Assembly (NCBI GenBank): GCA_965203515.1
Contig: OZ241907.1
Location: 544,001 to 608,000, forward strand
Direction: 5' to 3'
Origin: Spirochaetia bacterium
GTDB lineage: Bacteria; Spirochaetota; Spirochaetia; SZUA-6; Bin103
DNA: 64,000 bases
Shown: piece by piece, positions 9,053 to 20,332 of the stretch
Layout of the letters: every line of letters begins with the position of its first letter
Numbering within the stretch: the first letter of the stretch is position 1
Made by a program: the position numbers and the translations under genes
The notes under the pieces: generated by a model
The model's database searches: none
Seen by the model: the letters and a program-made list of their open reading frames with translations, nothing else
Told to the model about the DNA's origin: nothing

Positions 9053-11969
9053 TCCGGCAACCGGCCGCGGTCGGCCGCTACGCGCTCGCGCTCCTGTGGA
9101 TCACCTTGAAGCGGATCGTCAAGAACTGGCGCCTGGTCACGCCGCTGCTGCTGGGGCTGGTCCTGGCGTCGGCGTTCGTGGCGGCCGTGCCGATCTACTC
9201 GGCGGCCAGCCTGCAGCGCAGCTTCATCCAGCACTGGCGCGAGCAGGACAGCTTCCGCGCCCCGTTTGCGGTGATCCCGTCGCACCGCAATCCGCGCCGC
9301 AAGCTGCCGGTGACCCCTGCGCAGCTCGCGGGACTGGAGCGCTATCTGCAGGATGCGCTGCAGGCCGCCGCGGGTCAGCCGGCGCAGAGCTTCTCCGCCT
9401 ATCGGACGTTCGGGGTCGATTTCCTCATGCTCTCCCCGGAGGTCGACTCGGGCGGGCGCGTCGCCCGTGCCGAGCTCGGCGTCATGAGCAACCTGCAGGA
9501 GCATGCGGAGGTGATCGACGGCCGCTGGTTCCGGGACCGGCAGGACGGCGTGGTGGAGGTGGTCGCGGGCGGGCGGACCCTGGACGAGCTGGAGCTGCTG
9601 GTGGGATCGCGCTACCGGTGGGCGTACACGCTGTTGCCGGACGAGGAGATCGACCCGGCGGCGGCCGGCGCTGCCGGCGTCGACCTGCGCTCCGTGCAGG
9701 GGCGGCGCTTCGCGGTGGTCGCGATCGAGGTGGTGGGAGTGGTGCGCCCCCGGCCGGGGCTCACCTCACGCGAGTGGATCTACCCGCTGCTGCCGGACCG
9801 TCTGTTCATGCGCGCCGAGCCGTTCGCTCGCATGCAGCAGGCCGGCATGCGGGTCGATCGAGCCGACTGGCAATGGGTGTTCGATGACCGACGGGTGCAG
9901 GTAGCCGACGTGGGTCAGATGATCGCGCAGTTGGAGGCGATCGAAGCGCGCTTGGCCGAGTTGGTCCCCGGCACCGAGTTCTGGTTGTCGCCGCTGGAGT
10001 TCTTTCGCGATTTCAAGCGGACCCTGGATCGGGTGTCGCTGTTCCTGCTCTCGCTGGCGGCCCCGACGCTCGCGATGATCGTCGCCTACGTCATGCTGAT
10101 GGCGGCGCTCAGCGTCGAGCAGCGCATCGCCGAGGTCGCCACGCTGCACAGCCGCGGCGCCGGACGGCTGCAGGTGCTGGCCAGCTTCGCGCTGGAGTGG
10201 GCGGTGCTGGCCGGCGCGGCGGCGCTGGTCGGTCCTTACGTCGGGCTGATCGCGGCCCGTTCGGTCGGCTCGACCGAGGGATTTCTGGGCTTCGCGGCGA
10301 TCGCCGGCGCCGACGGGGCATCGACCCTGCCGCTGGCGGTCACGCGGCAATCCCGCTGGTTCGCGGCGCTGGCGAGCTTTCTGGCGGTGGCCGCCGCGGT
10401 GGGACCGGCCGCTGCCGGCGGGCGGCTGTCGGTGGTGACCCTCAGACAGCTCCGCGCGCGCGGCATGCGCCGCTCGTTCTGGCACCGCTACTTCATCGAC
10501 GTCATCGTGCTGGGAGTCGGCTTCTACGGGTACTCGAGCCTGCGCTGGCAGTCGGTCCGACTGGCGCCGGACGCCACGATCGACGCCGACCCGCTGTTGT
10601 TCGTCGTCCCGGTGCTCTTCTTCCTGGGCTTCGGGCTGGCGCTGTTGCGTCTCTTTCCGCTGGCGATGGGGGCATTGAGCCGGCTCACCACCGTCATGCG
10701 CGGCGTGGTATGGCAGCTCAGCTTCCGCCGGCTGGCCCGCAACACCGGGCCGTTCGTCTCCGTGGTGGTGTTGTTGATCGTCACGGTGGCGATGGGAATC
10801 TACAACGGTTCGGCGGCGCGGACGCTGCAGCGCAACATCGCCGACCGGATCCGCTACCTGGCGGGGGCGGAGGTGGTGGTGATGGAGTCGTGGATCCCGC
10901 CGAATCCGGACGAACCGGAGCCGCCGCGGCGGCGCGGCGACCCGCGGCCGGTCGCGGCCAGCGAGCCGCCGTGGCTGGCGCGGGCGGAGATCGCCGGCGT
11001 GGAGGCGATGGCGCGCGTGCTCTACCGTCGCGTGGAGGGGAGCAGGGGATCGCAGCAGCTCGGCGCCTTCAATCTGCTGGCCCTGGTGCCGGACGAGTTC
11101 GCGCGCGCCGCATGGCGCCGGGACGATCTGCTGCCGTACCGGATCACCGACTACCTGGCGGCCCTGGCGCGCCACCGTGAGGGCGTGCTGATCAGCCGGT
11201 CGCTGGCGGCGCGGCATGACCTCGGACCGGGCGACGCCTTCACCATCGAGTACCAGAACCAGCCGATCGAGGCGTACGTGGTGGCGGTGATCCCCTACTG
11301 GCCGGCGCTCGATCCGTTCGATCGCGCGTTCGCGGTGGCCAACCTGATGCACGTGCAGGACTTCACCGTGCTGGAGCCCTACGAGAGCTGGTACTCCCTG
11401 AACGAGGGGATGCCGGTCGCCGCGGCGGGTCTGACCGCGGCGGAGCACCTGGTAGCGGAGCTCGCCGAGCTCGGCGTGACCGCCGAGCGGGTGCTCGATA
11501 CCGGCCGGCAACTCGCCCTGCTGCAGCGCGAACCGTACCGCCGCGGCTTCTTCGGCGTGCTGTCGCTCGGCTTCGTGGCGGCGGCGGCGGTGACCGTGCT
11601 GGCGCTGACGGTCTCTACCATCTCCTCCACGCGGGAGCAGTCGGTGCAGCTCGCCGCCCTGCGCGCCAACGGGCTGTCGGCGATGCAGACCACCGGCGTA
11701 CTGGCGGTGGAGCGCATCCTGACCGTGGGCGTGGGGGTCGGGCTGGGCGTGGCGGCCGCACGGCTGGCGGCGCTCCTGTTCCTGCCGCTGCTGCGCGACC
11801 GCGCGGACGAGGTGTCGATGGTGCCGCCGTATCTGGTGGTGACCGACGTGGCCGACCTCACCGCGTTGCTCCTGACGGTAGCCGCCGCGTTGGCGGCGGC
11901 GGTGGTGGCGGTGGCGGTCTTCATCAGCCGGCGTCAGGTCGCCGGCGCCGTGCGGTTGGGGGATGAGCC

Positions 11970-11973
<4 letters not shown>
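9049..11973 (+). CDS. FtsX/MacB-like ABC permease
   Basis: Multiple TM blocks and two FtsX-type signatures (EVATLHSRGA; QLAALRANGLS). Confidence 0.85.
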
Positions 11974-12899
<926 letters not shown>

Positions 12900-12928
12900 C
12901 CGACCCGCGATGGGATAGGGTAGACGCC

Positions 12929-13846
12929 ATGAGCGTACTGGACGAGGCCGATCGAACGTTCTTTCGCGAGCAGGGCTACGTGGTGGTGCCGGAGGCGGTG
13001 CCGCCCGAGAACCTGCAGGCGGCGATCGACGTGATCTGGGAGTTTCTTGGCGCCGACCCTGACGACCCGGAGAGCTGGTACCGGATTCCGCCGCGCGAGA
13101 CCACCGGCGGCGTGGGGCCGCTGGCGCAGACCGGCATGGTGGAGATCTACCAGCATCAGGCGCTGTGGAACAACCGCCAGCATCCGCGGGTCTATCAGGC
13201 GTTCGCGGACATCTGGGATACGCCCGAGCTCTGGGTGAGCCTGGACCGCGCCAACATGAAGCCGCCGGTGCGGGATGACGATCCGGCGTGGCAGCATCCC
13301 GGTTTCATCCACTGGGATATCGATACCACGCAGGAGCCGGTGCCGTTCAGGGTGCAGGGGGTGCTCTATCTGACCGATACCGCAGACGACCAGGGCGGCT
13401 TCCAGTGCGTGCCGGGCTTCCCGGCGCGCTTTCCCGAGTGGGCGCGCGCGCAGCCGGCCGACCGCGATCCGCGTGTCCCGGACCTGACGGGACTGGAGGT
13501 TCGCTCGATCCCCGGCCGCGCCGGCGATCTGTTGATCTGGAACTCGTTGCTGCCGCACGGCAACGGCCGCAACACGTCGGACCGGCCGCGCCTGGCGCAG
13601 TACATCTCCATGAGCCCCGCCAAGCGCGCCGACGAACGGCAGCGGCAGGAGCGGATCGCCGCCTGGCGCACCCGGCGGCCGGCGCCGAGCTGGCCCGGCG
13701 ATCCGCGCGGCTGGGAGCTCCGGCAGCCGGGACCGGCCGCGCTGACCGATCTGGGCCGCCGGCTGCTCGGCCTGGACCCGTGGCCCGATGGTGCGCCCGC
13801 GCCGGCTATTCGTCGTCGTCCGGCCGCTCCGCGCGCTGGCGCTTGA
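12929..13846 (+). CDS. Phytanoyl-CoA dioxygenase (PhyH) family protein
   Basis: FFREQGYVVV, IHWDID, GDLLIWNSLLPHGNGRN. Confidence 0.85.
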   Translation: MSVLDEADRTFFREQGYVVVPEAVPPENLQAAIDVIWEFLGADPDDPESWYRIPPRETTGGVGPLAQTGMVEIYQHQALWNNRQHPRVYQAFADIWDTPELWVSLDRANMKPPVRDDDPAWQHPGFIHWDIDTTQEPVPFRVQGVLYLTDTADDQGGFQCVPGFPARFPEWARAQPADRDPRVPDLTGLEVRSIPGRAGDLLIWNSLLPHGNGRNTSDRPRLAQYISMSPAKRADERQRQERIAAWRTRRPAPSWPGDPRGWELRQPGPAALTDLGRRLLGLDPWPDGAPAPAIRRRPAAPRAGA

Positions 13847-14231
13847 TGGCGCCGCGTTGCACCTTCTCCCGGAGGCGCCGCTCGCGGGCGGCGCGGGTGG
13901 CGCGGGTCGGGCGCCGCGGCCGCGGCTCCTGAGCCGCCTTCGCTACCAGGGCGGCCAGCCGCGAGCGCGCGTCGCGCCGGTTCGCCTCCTGGGTGCGGAA
14001 GCGGCGCGCCGTGATGAGCAGCGCGCCGCCGGCGGTCGCCTTCGCTCCGGCCATCCGCAGCAGGCGTTCCCGCACCTGCGGGGGCAGCGCCCGCGAACGG
14101 GCCGCGTCGAAGCGGAGTTGCACGGCCGTGGCCACCTTGTTCACGTTCTGCCCGCCCGGTCCGCTCGCCTGGATGAAGCTCTCGTCGAGCTCGTCGTCGG
14201 GGATGGTGATGTCCGGCGTGATCTCCAGCAT
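13806..14231 (-). CDS. arfB: Alternative ribosome-rescue peptidyl-tRNA hydrolase ArfB
   Basis: ASGPGGQNVNKVATAVQLRF with a basic C-terminal tail; ATG at 14231. Confidence 0.92.
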   Translation of the reverse strand: MLEITPDITIPDDELDESFIQASGPGGQNVNKVATAVQLRFDAARSRALPPQVRERLLRMAGAKATAGGALLITARRFRTQEANRRDARSRLAALVAKAAQEPRPRRPTRATRAARERRLREKVQRGAIKRQRAERPDDDE

Positions 14232-14294
14232 GCGGCTCCGATCGTACCGAACCGGCCGCCCCGGTGCTTCGAGAACGTTTGATAGGATGTCCGC

Positions 14295-16070
14295 ATGCCC
14301 GGACCGGCTACCCGGCCCCGCGATCCCGCGCGCTTTCCGGCGATCCCCTACGGGCTCGCCTACTTCAAGGGCATCCGCCGGGAAGGCTGCCTGTACGTCG
14401 ACAAGACCCGGTTCCTGCGCCGGTTGGAGCAGGAGCGCTTCGTGTTCTTCGTCCGCCCGCGGCGCTTCGGCAAGACCTGCTGGCTGTCGATGCTGGAGAG
14501 CTACTACGACCGCAATCAGGCGGACGATTTCGACGACCTGTTCGGCGGCCTGGACATCGGCCGGCGGCCGACCCGTGACCGGAGCCGCTACGTGGTGCTG
14601 CGGTTCAACTTCTCCACCTTCGGCAGCGACCCGGCGAACCTGGAACGGGAGTTCGACGAGTACTGCCGGCGGCACGTGCGGGACGCGATGCAGGATCATC
14701 CCGACCTGTTTCCCGATGCGGTCGTCGAGCGCGTCCGGGCGCCGTCCACGCTCAACGGCCAACTCGACGAACTGTTCGTACACGCCCGGCGGGAGGAGAT
14801 CCCGCTCTACGTCCTGATCGACGAGTACGACAACTTCGCCAACACGATCCTCGCCGGCGAGGGGCCTGAGGCGTACCACGCGTTCACCCGCGGCGGCGGC
14901 TTCTACCGCAGCTTCTTCGCCGCGCTCAAGGCCGGCACCGAGAACGGCAGCGTCCGGCGGCTGTTCGTCACCGGCGTCTCGCCGATCACCATGGACGACG
15001 TGACCAGCGGCTTCAACATCGGCGTCAATCTCAGCCTCCGTCCCGAGTTCAACGAGATGCTCGGCTTCACCGGGGATGAGGTGCGGAGCCTCCTGGAGCG
15101 GTACCGGGACCTGGGTGTATTCGACCAGGACCTGGATGCCGCGCTCGATACCATGCGCGAGTGGTACGACGGCTACCGGTTCGCGAAGGCCGCCAAAGAG
15201 GTCGTCTACAACACCGACATGGTGCTCTATTACCTGCAGCACTCACTCCCCAACAAGCCGGGACCGGACAACCTGATCGACTTCAACGTGCGCATCGACT
15301 ACGGCAAGCTGCGCCACCTGCTGCTGACCGGGCGGCGGTTGAACGGCAACTTCGACCTGCTGCGCGACGTGATCGCCGAAGGGCAGGCGGACAGCGAGGT
15401 CATGGAGACGTTCCCGCTCACCGCGCTGGCGCGACGTGAGAACTTCCTTTCGCTGATGCACTTCTTCGGCCTGCTGAGCATCCGCGGCGTGACCGCCGGC
15501 ACGCCGCGGCTGGGCATCCCGAATCAGACGGTGCGGCGACTGATGTACGGTTACCTGCGCGAAGCCTACGAGGACGTGGGCGTGTTCTCGCTGGACGTGG
15601 TGGAGTTCGACCGGCTGACGCGGCGGATGGCGTTGGACGGCGACTGGCGGCCGGCCGTCGAGCGGTTGAGCGCCGCCCTGGCGGAACAGACCGGCGTGCG
15701 CGACTACCTGCAGGGCGAGAAGGTCGTACAGGGATTCCTGGCCGCCTTCCTGGGCGTATCGGGATGTTTCGTGCTTCACACGGAAGCGGAGTTGGCGAAG
15801 GGCTACGCAGACATCGTGCTGGTGCCGTTGACGGCGCGCTATCCGGGTATGCGCCACGGCTTCGTGATCGAGCTGAAGTACCTGGGCCGAGGCCCGGAGA
15901 CGGAGGGGCGGGTCCCGGCCGTGACCGATGCGGCCGTCGGGCAACTGCGCGGCTATCTGACCGACGGCCGGCTCGCGCGGCAATACCGGGACGTGGAGTT
16001 CACGGGTCTGGCGCTGGTGTTCCGGGGCTGGGAGCTCGTACGCAGCGAAGCGGTGACGTCGGAGACATGA
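14295..16070 (+). CDS. AAA-ATPase-like protein with C-terminal PD-(D/E)xK nuclease domain
   Basis: [30 protein letters not shown]-terminal GYADIVL...VIELKY. Confidence 0.88.
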   Translation: MPGPATRPRDPARFPAIPYGLAYFKGIRREGCLYVDKTRFLRRLEQERFVFFVRPRRFGKTCWLSMLESYYDRNQADDFDDLFGGLDIGRRPTRDRSRYVVLRFNFSTFGSDPANLEREFDEYCRRHVRDAMQDHPDLFPDAVVERVRAPSTLNGQLDELFVHARREEIPLYVLIDEYDNFANTILAGEGPEAYHAFTRGGGFYRSFFAALKAGTENGSVRRLFVTGVSPITMDDVTSGFNIGVNLSLRPEFNEMLGFTGDEVRSLLERYRDLGVFDQDLDAALDTMREWYDGYRFAKAAKEVVYNTDMVLYYLQHSLPNKPGPDNLIDFNVRIDYGKLRHLLLTGRRLNGNFDLLRDVIAEGQADSEVMETFPLTALARRENFLSLMHFFGLLSIRGVTAGTPRLGIPNQTVRRLMYGYLREAYEDVGVFSLDVVEFDRLTRRMALDGDWRPAVERLSAALAEQTGVRDYLQGEKVVQGFLAAFLGVSGCFVLHTEAELAKGYADIVLVPLTARYPGMRHGFVIELKYLGRGPETEGRVPAVTDAAVGQLRGYLTDGRLARQYRDVEFTGLALVFRGWELVRSEAVTSET

Positions 16071-17542
16071 AACCACGGCTCACCCCGCGGACGCCTTCCT
16101 GAGCCAGGCGTGGGAGGAGCCGACGCGCTGGTGCGATGCGAAGGAGGTGTTCCGGCGGCTGCGCGCCTGGCTGCAGGAGCATGGGCTTCCCGCGGATCGT
16201 GGATGCCGAGATCATCGACGCCATGGCCGCCGTGCCCGACGACGTGGCTGCCGCGCTCCCATACCGCGTCGAGGTACGCGCCCTCGGCCATCAGATTGAC
16301 ATCGCCGAAGTCCTCCGGCCAGTCTCCGAAGGCGCCATTCTCGTCCGGATCGGCGGGATGGATCGAAGTCGTTCCATCCTCCGGGTCGCGCGAAAACCAG
16401 TGCAGCTTCACCAGATCGGGGTCAAGCTTCCCTTTCGCCAGCAACGTTTGCGTTTGCAGCAATAGCAGAGAGCCATGGGTTTCCGCTACCACCTTGACGC
16501 CGCGCTTCGCCGCATCCCCCATGATTCCCGCGAGCGCGTACTGCGCTCGTGGGTGCAAGTGCAGTTCCGGCTGTTCGACGTATACGAGCTGCCCTCTCTC
16601 TGCGACCAGCAGCGCGACAAGTACGGGCAACACCTGCGAAACCCCGAAGCCCACGTCGGCGACATTCACCAAGTCCTGTCCTTGTGACGTCCCTTTAGCC
16701 AGCCGTCCTACTTGAAGCTCCAGTTGCGCATCATTGACAGGCCGTACCGAAACTTCTCCGGTCATACCAAGCTGTGCGAGCGCGGTTTCCAGTTCCGTCA
16801 GGCGATCATCGTCGTTCTTTATCCAATCTGCAATGATGGTGGCAACATATTTCTCGAACGTGCCGGGGAACGAAGGTCCCGATGCCGTCCGTTCGTAAAT
16901 GCGCTCAGGATTGCCGCGTAGTCCCGGTACGTGGATCATTCGCTCCAAGTAATTGAACGGAAACTGCCCAAAAGTTGGTATAGAGAAGGATGACTCGTTA
17001 CCAGCAATAGCCTCGAAAGTAAAGGCGAGAAAACATCGATATCTGTAAATCATGAGTTGGGTTCCGTCAGGTGGTTCGGGTAATGATACACCACGAATAC
17101 GATAAAGACGCGACAGAGCTGTTTGCAAGTCAGCTCCCTTGCGACCTGGGGTCAAGCGAAGGGAACAGGTGTCTTCGTTGTCTCTGTGCGCCTCGATGCA
17201 CATCTCCTGAATTTCGATCTTGCGGTTTTCAGAAGGAGAATACGTTATTCTATGAGTCAGGCCTTTTGGAGCCTCCACCGAGAAGGTGAAGGCATGGTTC
17301 CTGAGATCGAACCGCTGCCATGGAACAAGCTGGTCGACGGACGTGAGCTTCACGTTCGGTCCGTTCAACAGCAATGCTCCCGGATCGTAGCTGGCCTGAA
17401 GGGTCTGCTTCATCAGCAACAGGGGTTGCATGATGCTCGACTTGCCGGAGCTGTTGGCGCCCGCCAGGATCGTCAGCGGGCGAATCTCGATGCGGCTCTT
17501 CTTGGCAAGGCACTTGAAGCCCTGCACGGCGATTGAACAGAT

Positions 17543-18874
17543 GGGGCTTCCGGGTTTCGTGTGGGTAGGGCGTCCTGACGGTGGCGGTGGCGCCGCCAGC
17601 AAGGCTACGCTGGCGCCATGCGTGACAAGGAACTGTACGGCAGGATTCTGGGCGTCGAGGCACCGTGGCGAGTGGCCGACGTCGAACTGAACCTTCAGCA
17701 GGGCGAGATCGTGGTCCACGTCGAGCACGGCGGGCCGCTCACCTGCCCGCACTGCGGCCAAGCCGCGCGCCGCTACGACAGCCGTCAACGGCGGTGGCGC
17801 CATCTGGACACCTGCCAGTACCGCACGGTTCTGGCTGCCGACGTACCGCGGTCTCAGTGCCGGCAGCACGGGGTCAAGCAGATCGAGGTGCCGTGGAGCG
17901 AAGGCCGCTCGCGGCTGACCGCGCTGTGCGAGGCGGTCGTGATCGACTGGCTGCAGCACGCCACGATCGCGGCGGTGGCGCAGCAGATGCGGCTCAGCTG
18001 GGACGAGGTCGACGGAGTGATGCAGCGCGCGGTGCACCGCGGCTTACAGCGGCGCGAGGTGCAGCTGCCGCCGCGGATCGGGGTGGACGAGACGTCGTTT
18101 CAGAAGCGCCATGAGTACGTGACGGTGATCAACGATCTGGACGGGCACGTCGTGCACGTGGCCGATGGCCGCCGCAAGGAGGTGTTGGAGGAGTTCTACC
18201 AGCAGTTTGACCCTGAGCAGTTGGCTGGCGTCGAGACGGTCGCCATGGACATGTGGGAGCCGTACATCATCGCGACCGCCGCCTACGTGCCGGACGCGGA
18301 GCTCAAGATCGCGTTCGACAAGTTTCACGTCGCCCGGCACCTCGGCAACGCCGTTGACCAGGTACGGCGAGCCGAGAGTCGCCGGCTGGCCGGCAGCGGT
18401 GATGATCGGCTGAAGGGCAGCCGCTATGCGTGGCTGACCAACCCCGAGCACATGGATGCCGAGCGTTGGCGGCAGTTCGCTGACTTGCGGGACAGCGCGC
18501 TGCAGACCGCGCGCGCCTGGGGCTACAAGGAACATGCGATGACGCTGTGGAAGTACCGCTCTCGCGGGTGGGCGCGCAAGGCGTGGCAGGCGTGGTACCG
18601 GTCGGCGATCCGGTGTCGTCTGGAGCCGGTCAAGCGGGTAGCGCGGATGGTCAAGCGTCATCTGGAAGGGATCGTGACGGCGGTGGTGCAGGGGGTGAGC
18701 AACGCGCGGGCGGAGTCGATCAACGCGGGGGTGCAGAGGTTGAAGTACGCAGCGCGCGGCTATCGCAACCGGCAGAGGTTCCGCAACGCGATCTACTTTC
18801 ACCTCGGCGGCCTCGATCTGTACCCTGCCGGTGTCGTCCGTGACCACCTCGTCCACACGAAAGCCTGAAGACCC
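17543..18874 (+). mobile_element. ISL3-family insertion sequence, copy 1 (1332 bp)
   Basis: IRL GGGGCTTCCGGGTTTCGTGTGG vs IRR (reverse complement) GGGTCTTCAGGCTTTCGTGTGG, 19/22 match. 8-bp TSD GAACAGAT at 17535-17542 and 18875-18882. Confidence 0.95.
17618..18868 (+). CDS. ISL3 family transposase
   Basis: Zn finger CPHCG; RWRHLD; IGVDETSF; AMDMWEPY; FDKFHV; SNARAESIN. Confidence 0.95.
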   Translation: MRDKELYGRILGVEAPWRVADVELNLQQGEIVVHVEHGGPLTCPHCGQAARRYDSRQRRWRHLDTCQYRTVLAADVPRSQCRQHGVKQIEVPWSEGRSRLTALCEAVVIDWLQHATIAAVAQQMRLSWDEVDGVMQRAVHRGLQRREVQLPPRIGVDETSFQKRHEYVTVINDLDGHVVHVADGRRKEVLEEFYQQFDPEQLAGVETVAMDMWEPYIIATAAYVPDAELKIAFDKFHVARHLGNAVDQVRRAESRRLAGSGDDRLKGSRYAWLTNPEHMDAERWRQFADLRDSALQTARAWGYKEHAMTLWKYRSRGWARKAWQAWYRSAIRCRLEPVKRVARMVKRHLEGIVTAVVQGVSNARAESINAGVQRLKYAARGYRNRQRFRNAIYFHLGGLDLYPAGVVRDHLVHTKA

Positions 18875-18944
18875 GAACAGATACCGTCTTCTGATTGCGG
18901 TCCCTTCTCCATTAGTCAGCGCCTCTACTCTTTGAGGGGGAGGA

Positions 18945-19587
18945 TCAGGCCGGCTCGGCCGATTCACCAGTATAGAACGCGGTCGTGCGCCGTGCCGCGG
19001 CGCGCGCGGCGTCGGGGTCCGTGCCGACCGCGACCGCCGCTTGCCCCCACCGGTCGCTGCTGCCCGTGATGAACGCCTTGCCGTCCCGTGAAGCGGCGAA
19101 CGCGGCTTCGTCCGGCTTCGGCGCGGCCGGTTGCGCGAGATGGAGCGCGAGTCCCAGCAAACCCATCTCCCAGCCAACGCCGACAGCGCCCGGGCCGTAC
19201 CGGTTCCAGTGCTCCGAAAGGTACGCGGTGTGCGTGAGCGCAAGCCGCGCGCGGCCGGCGCCGGCGGCCGAGAAACGGACCGTCACCCAACTGACGTCCC
19301 CGCCGAACTCCCACGTGAGCGCGAGACGTGACCGGGGCGCGCACGCCGAGATCACGCCGCCCGCGTTGCCTTCCAACTGATAGCGGCCGCCAAGTTCGAG
19401 ATCGCCGCTGATCGGCAGAAACCAGCGCGGAATTCGTTCGCCGTTCGTGACGGCGTCCCACAAGTCGTCGACCGTCGTAGCGTAGCCGCGAGCAAGAGTG
19501 ACCGCGCGGGCGGGCCGCCCGTCACGCTCCAGCGACGACACGGAGCGCTCCACTGCGCGGAGGTGGCCTTTCGACGTCGAAGTCCAT
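18945..19587 (-). pseudogene. SRPBCC/AHSA1 domain protein with a +1 frameshift after codon 6 (real or sequencing error)
   Basis: AGGAGG RBS then ATG 19587. Removing one A from GAAAGGC gives MDFDVEGHLRAVERSVSSLERDG, in frame with ORF 18945..19553 (DLWDAVTNGERIPRWF, GPGAVGVGW). Confidence 0.7.
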
Positions 19588-19614
19588 AGTCCAGTGCCTC
19601 CTATGCTTGAGGAT

Positions 19615-19815
19615 TCGTGTCCTTACCCTGCCGGACAGGCCGAGGTCTTGCAAGGTCTGCCGCATCTCGGTTTCCAGGTTCGGGGAGACTGCGCGTCGAC
19701 GGTTACCGACAGCTCGATGCCGACGCTCAGGTCCTTGCCGGACCGGAGCTTGGCAGCAGCCGGTTCCAGCCTTCGGGCGGCACCGTGTCGGCCAGCCGCA
19801 GGGTCGTGTCGGCGG
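19615..19815 (-). pseudogene. Frameshifted gene relic, possibly the C-terminus of a DUF499-type ATPase
   Basis: Pieces in shifting frames: TTLRLADTVPPEGWNRLLP / KLRSGKDLSVGIELSVTVDAQ / NLETEMRQTLQDLGLSGRVR. The family call is from memory only. Confidence 0.4.
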
Positions 19816-19920
19816 AGCGCCGGGCCGGTCCGAGCTGCGGCGCGGGCCAGGGTGTCCAGGTCAAACTCGAACCGCGAAAAACAGCGCCGCGCCAGGGTGG
19901 CCCGCCCGCGAGCTCGGATG

Positions 19921-19950
19921 TTGACGCTCCGCGGGCGCATGTGGTAGAAT
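19921..19950 (+). promoter_or_regulatory. sigma70-type promoter upstream of lipoprotein A
   Basis: TTGACG-18 bp-TAGAAT with an extended -10 TG. A homologous copy (TGGACG...TAGAGT) lies at about 24964-24993. Confidence 0.65.
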
Positions 19951-19989
19951 GCCGGCAACCGCTACGTTGGCCGCAATCATACGCCGCTC

Positions 19990-20315
19990 GTTCCGGCGGC
20001 CCTACGGGCCTTGCCTGCTTCAAGCGTCCGCCGGAGCGGCGAGTTCGAGGAGGACTGCACCATGCACCTGACGGATACGCTGGCAGGCAACCGGGACGTG
20101 TTCCCGCTGCCGGCGCTGAAACGCATCCTACCCCCCCCCCCCCCCTGATCGACGAGTACGACAACCTTACCTGACGCCTCCCGGCGTTTCGGACGCGGAC
20201 GCCAATCACGCCTCGCCGACGGCGACCGCTTCTAGCTCTAGCGCAACTTCCTCTCCACGCTCCACGGCACCGGGAACGGCTGCTTGGCACGGCTGTTCGT
20301 CACCGGCGGGCCGCC
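19990..20315 (+). pseudogene. Decayed, internally deleted paralog of the 14295 AAA-ATPase gene, forming the leader of lipoprotein A
   Basis: Nucleotide similarity to 14335-14385. Relic peptides [29 protein letters not shown] and [22 protein letters not shown] match [29 protein letters not shown] and RSFFAALKAGTENGSVRRLFVTG. Confidence 0.8.
20131..20145 (+). repeat. C15 homopolymer
   Basis: Read directly from the sequence. Confidence 0.9.
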
Positions 20316-20332
20316 GACCGGCAGGGGTCCGC

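Larger units (their letters stand above)
15953..18912 (-). pseudogene. AAA_15/AAA_21-type ATPase (DUF3696-like C-terminus) disrupted near its 5' end by ISL3
   Basis: Removing the IS and one TSD restores MEKGPQSEDGICSIAVQGFKCLAKKSRIEIRPLTILAGANSSGKS from ATG 18912. Also DVGFGVSQVLP and EQPELHLHP. The frame reads on to 15953, so the native stop near 16250 seems to be lost. Confidence 0.85.

Noticed and set aside
17543..18037. N-terminal part of ORF 15953..18037 as a genuine ATPase domain
   Set aside because: It is antisense IS sequence fused by the insertion; the same text appears in ORF 55364..55942.
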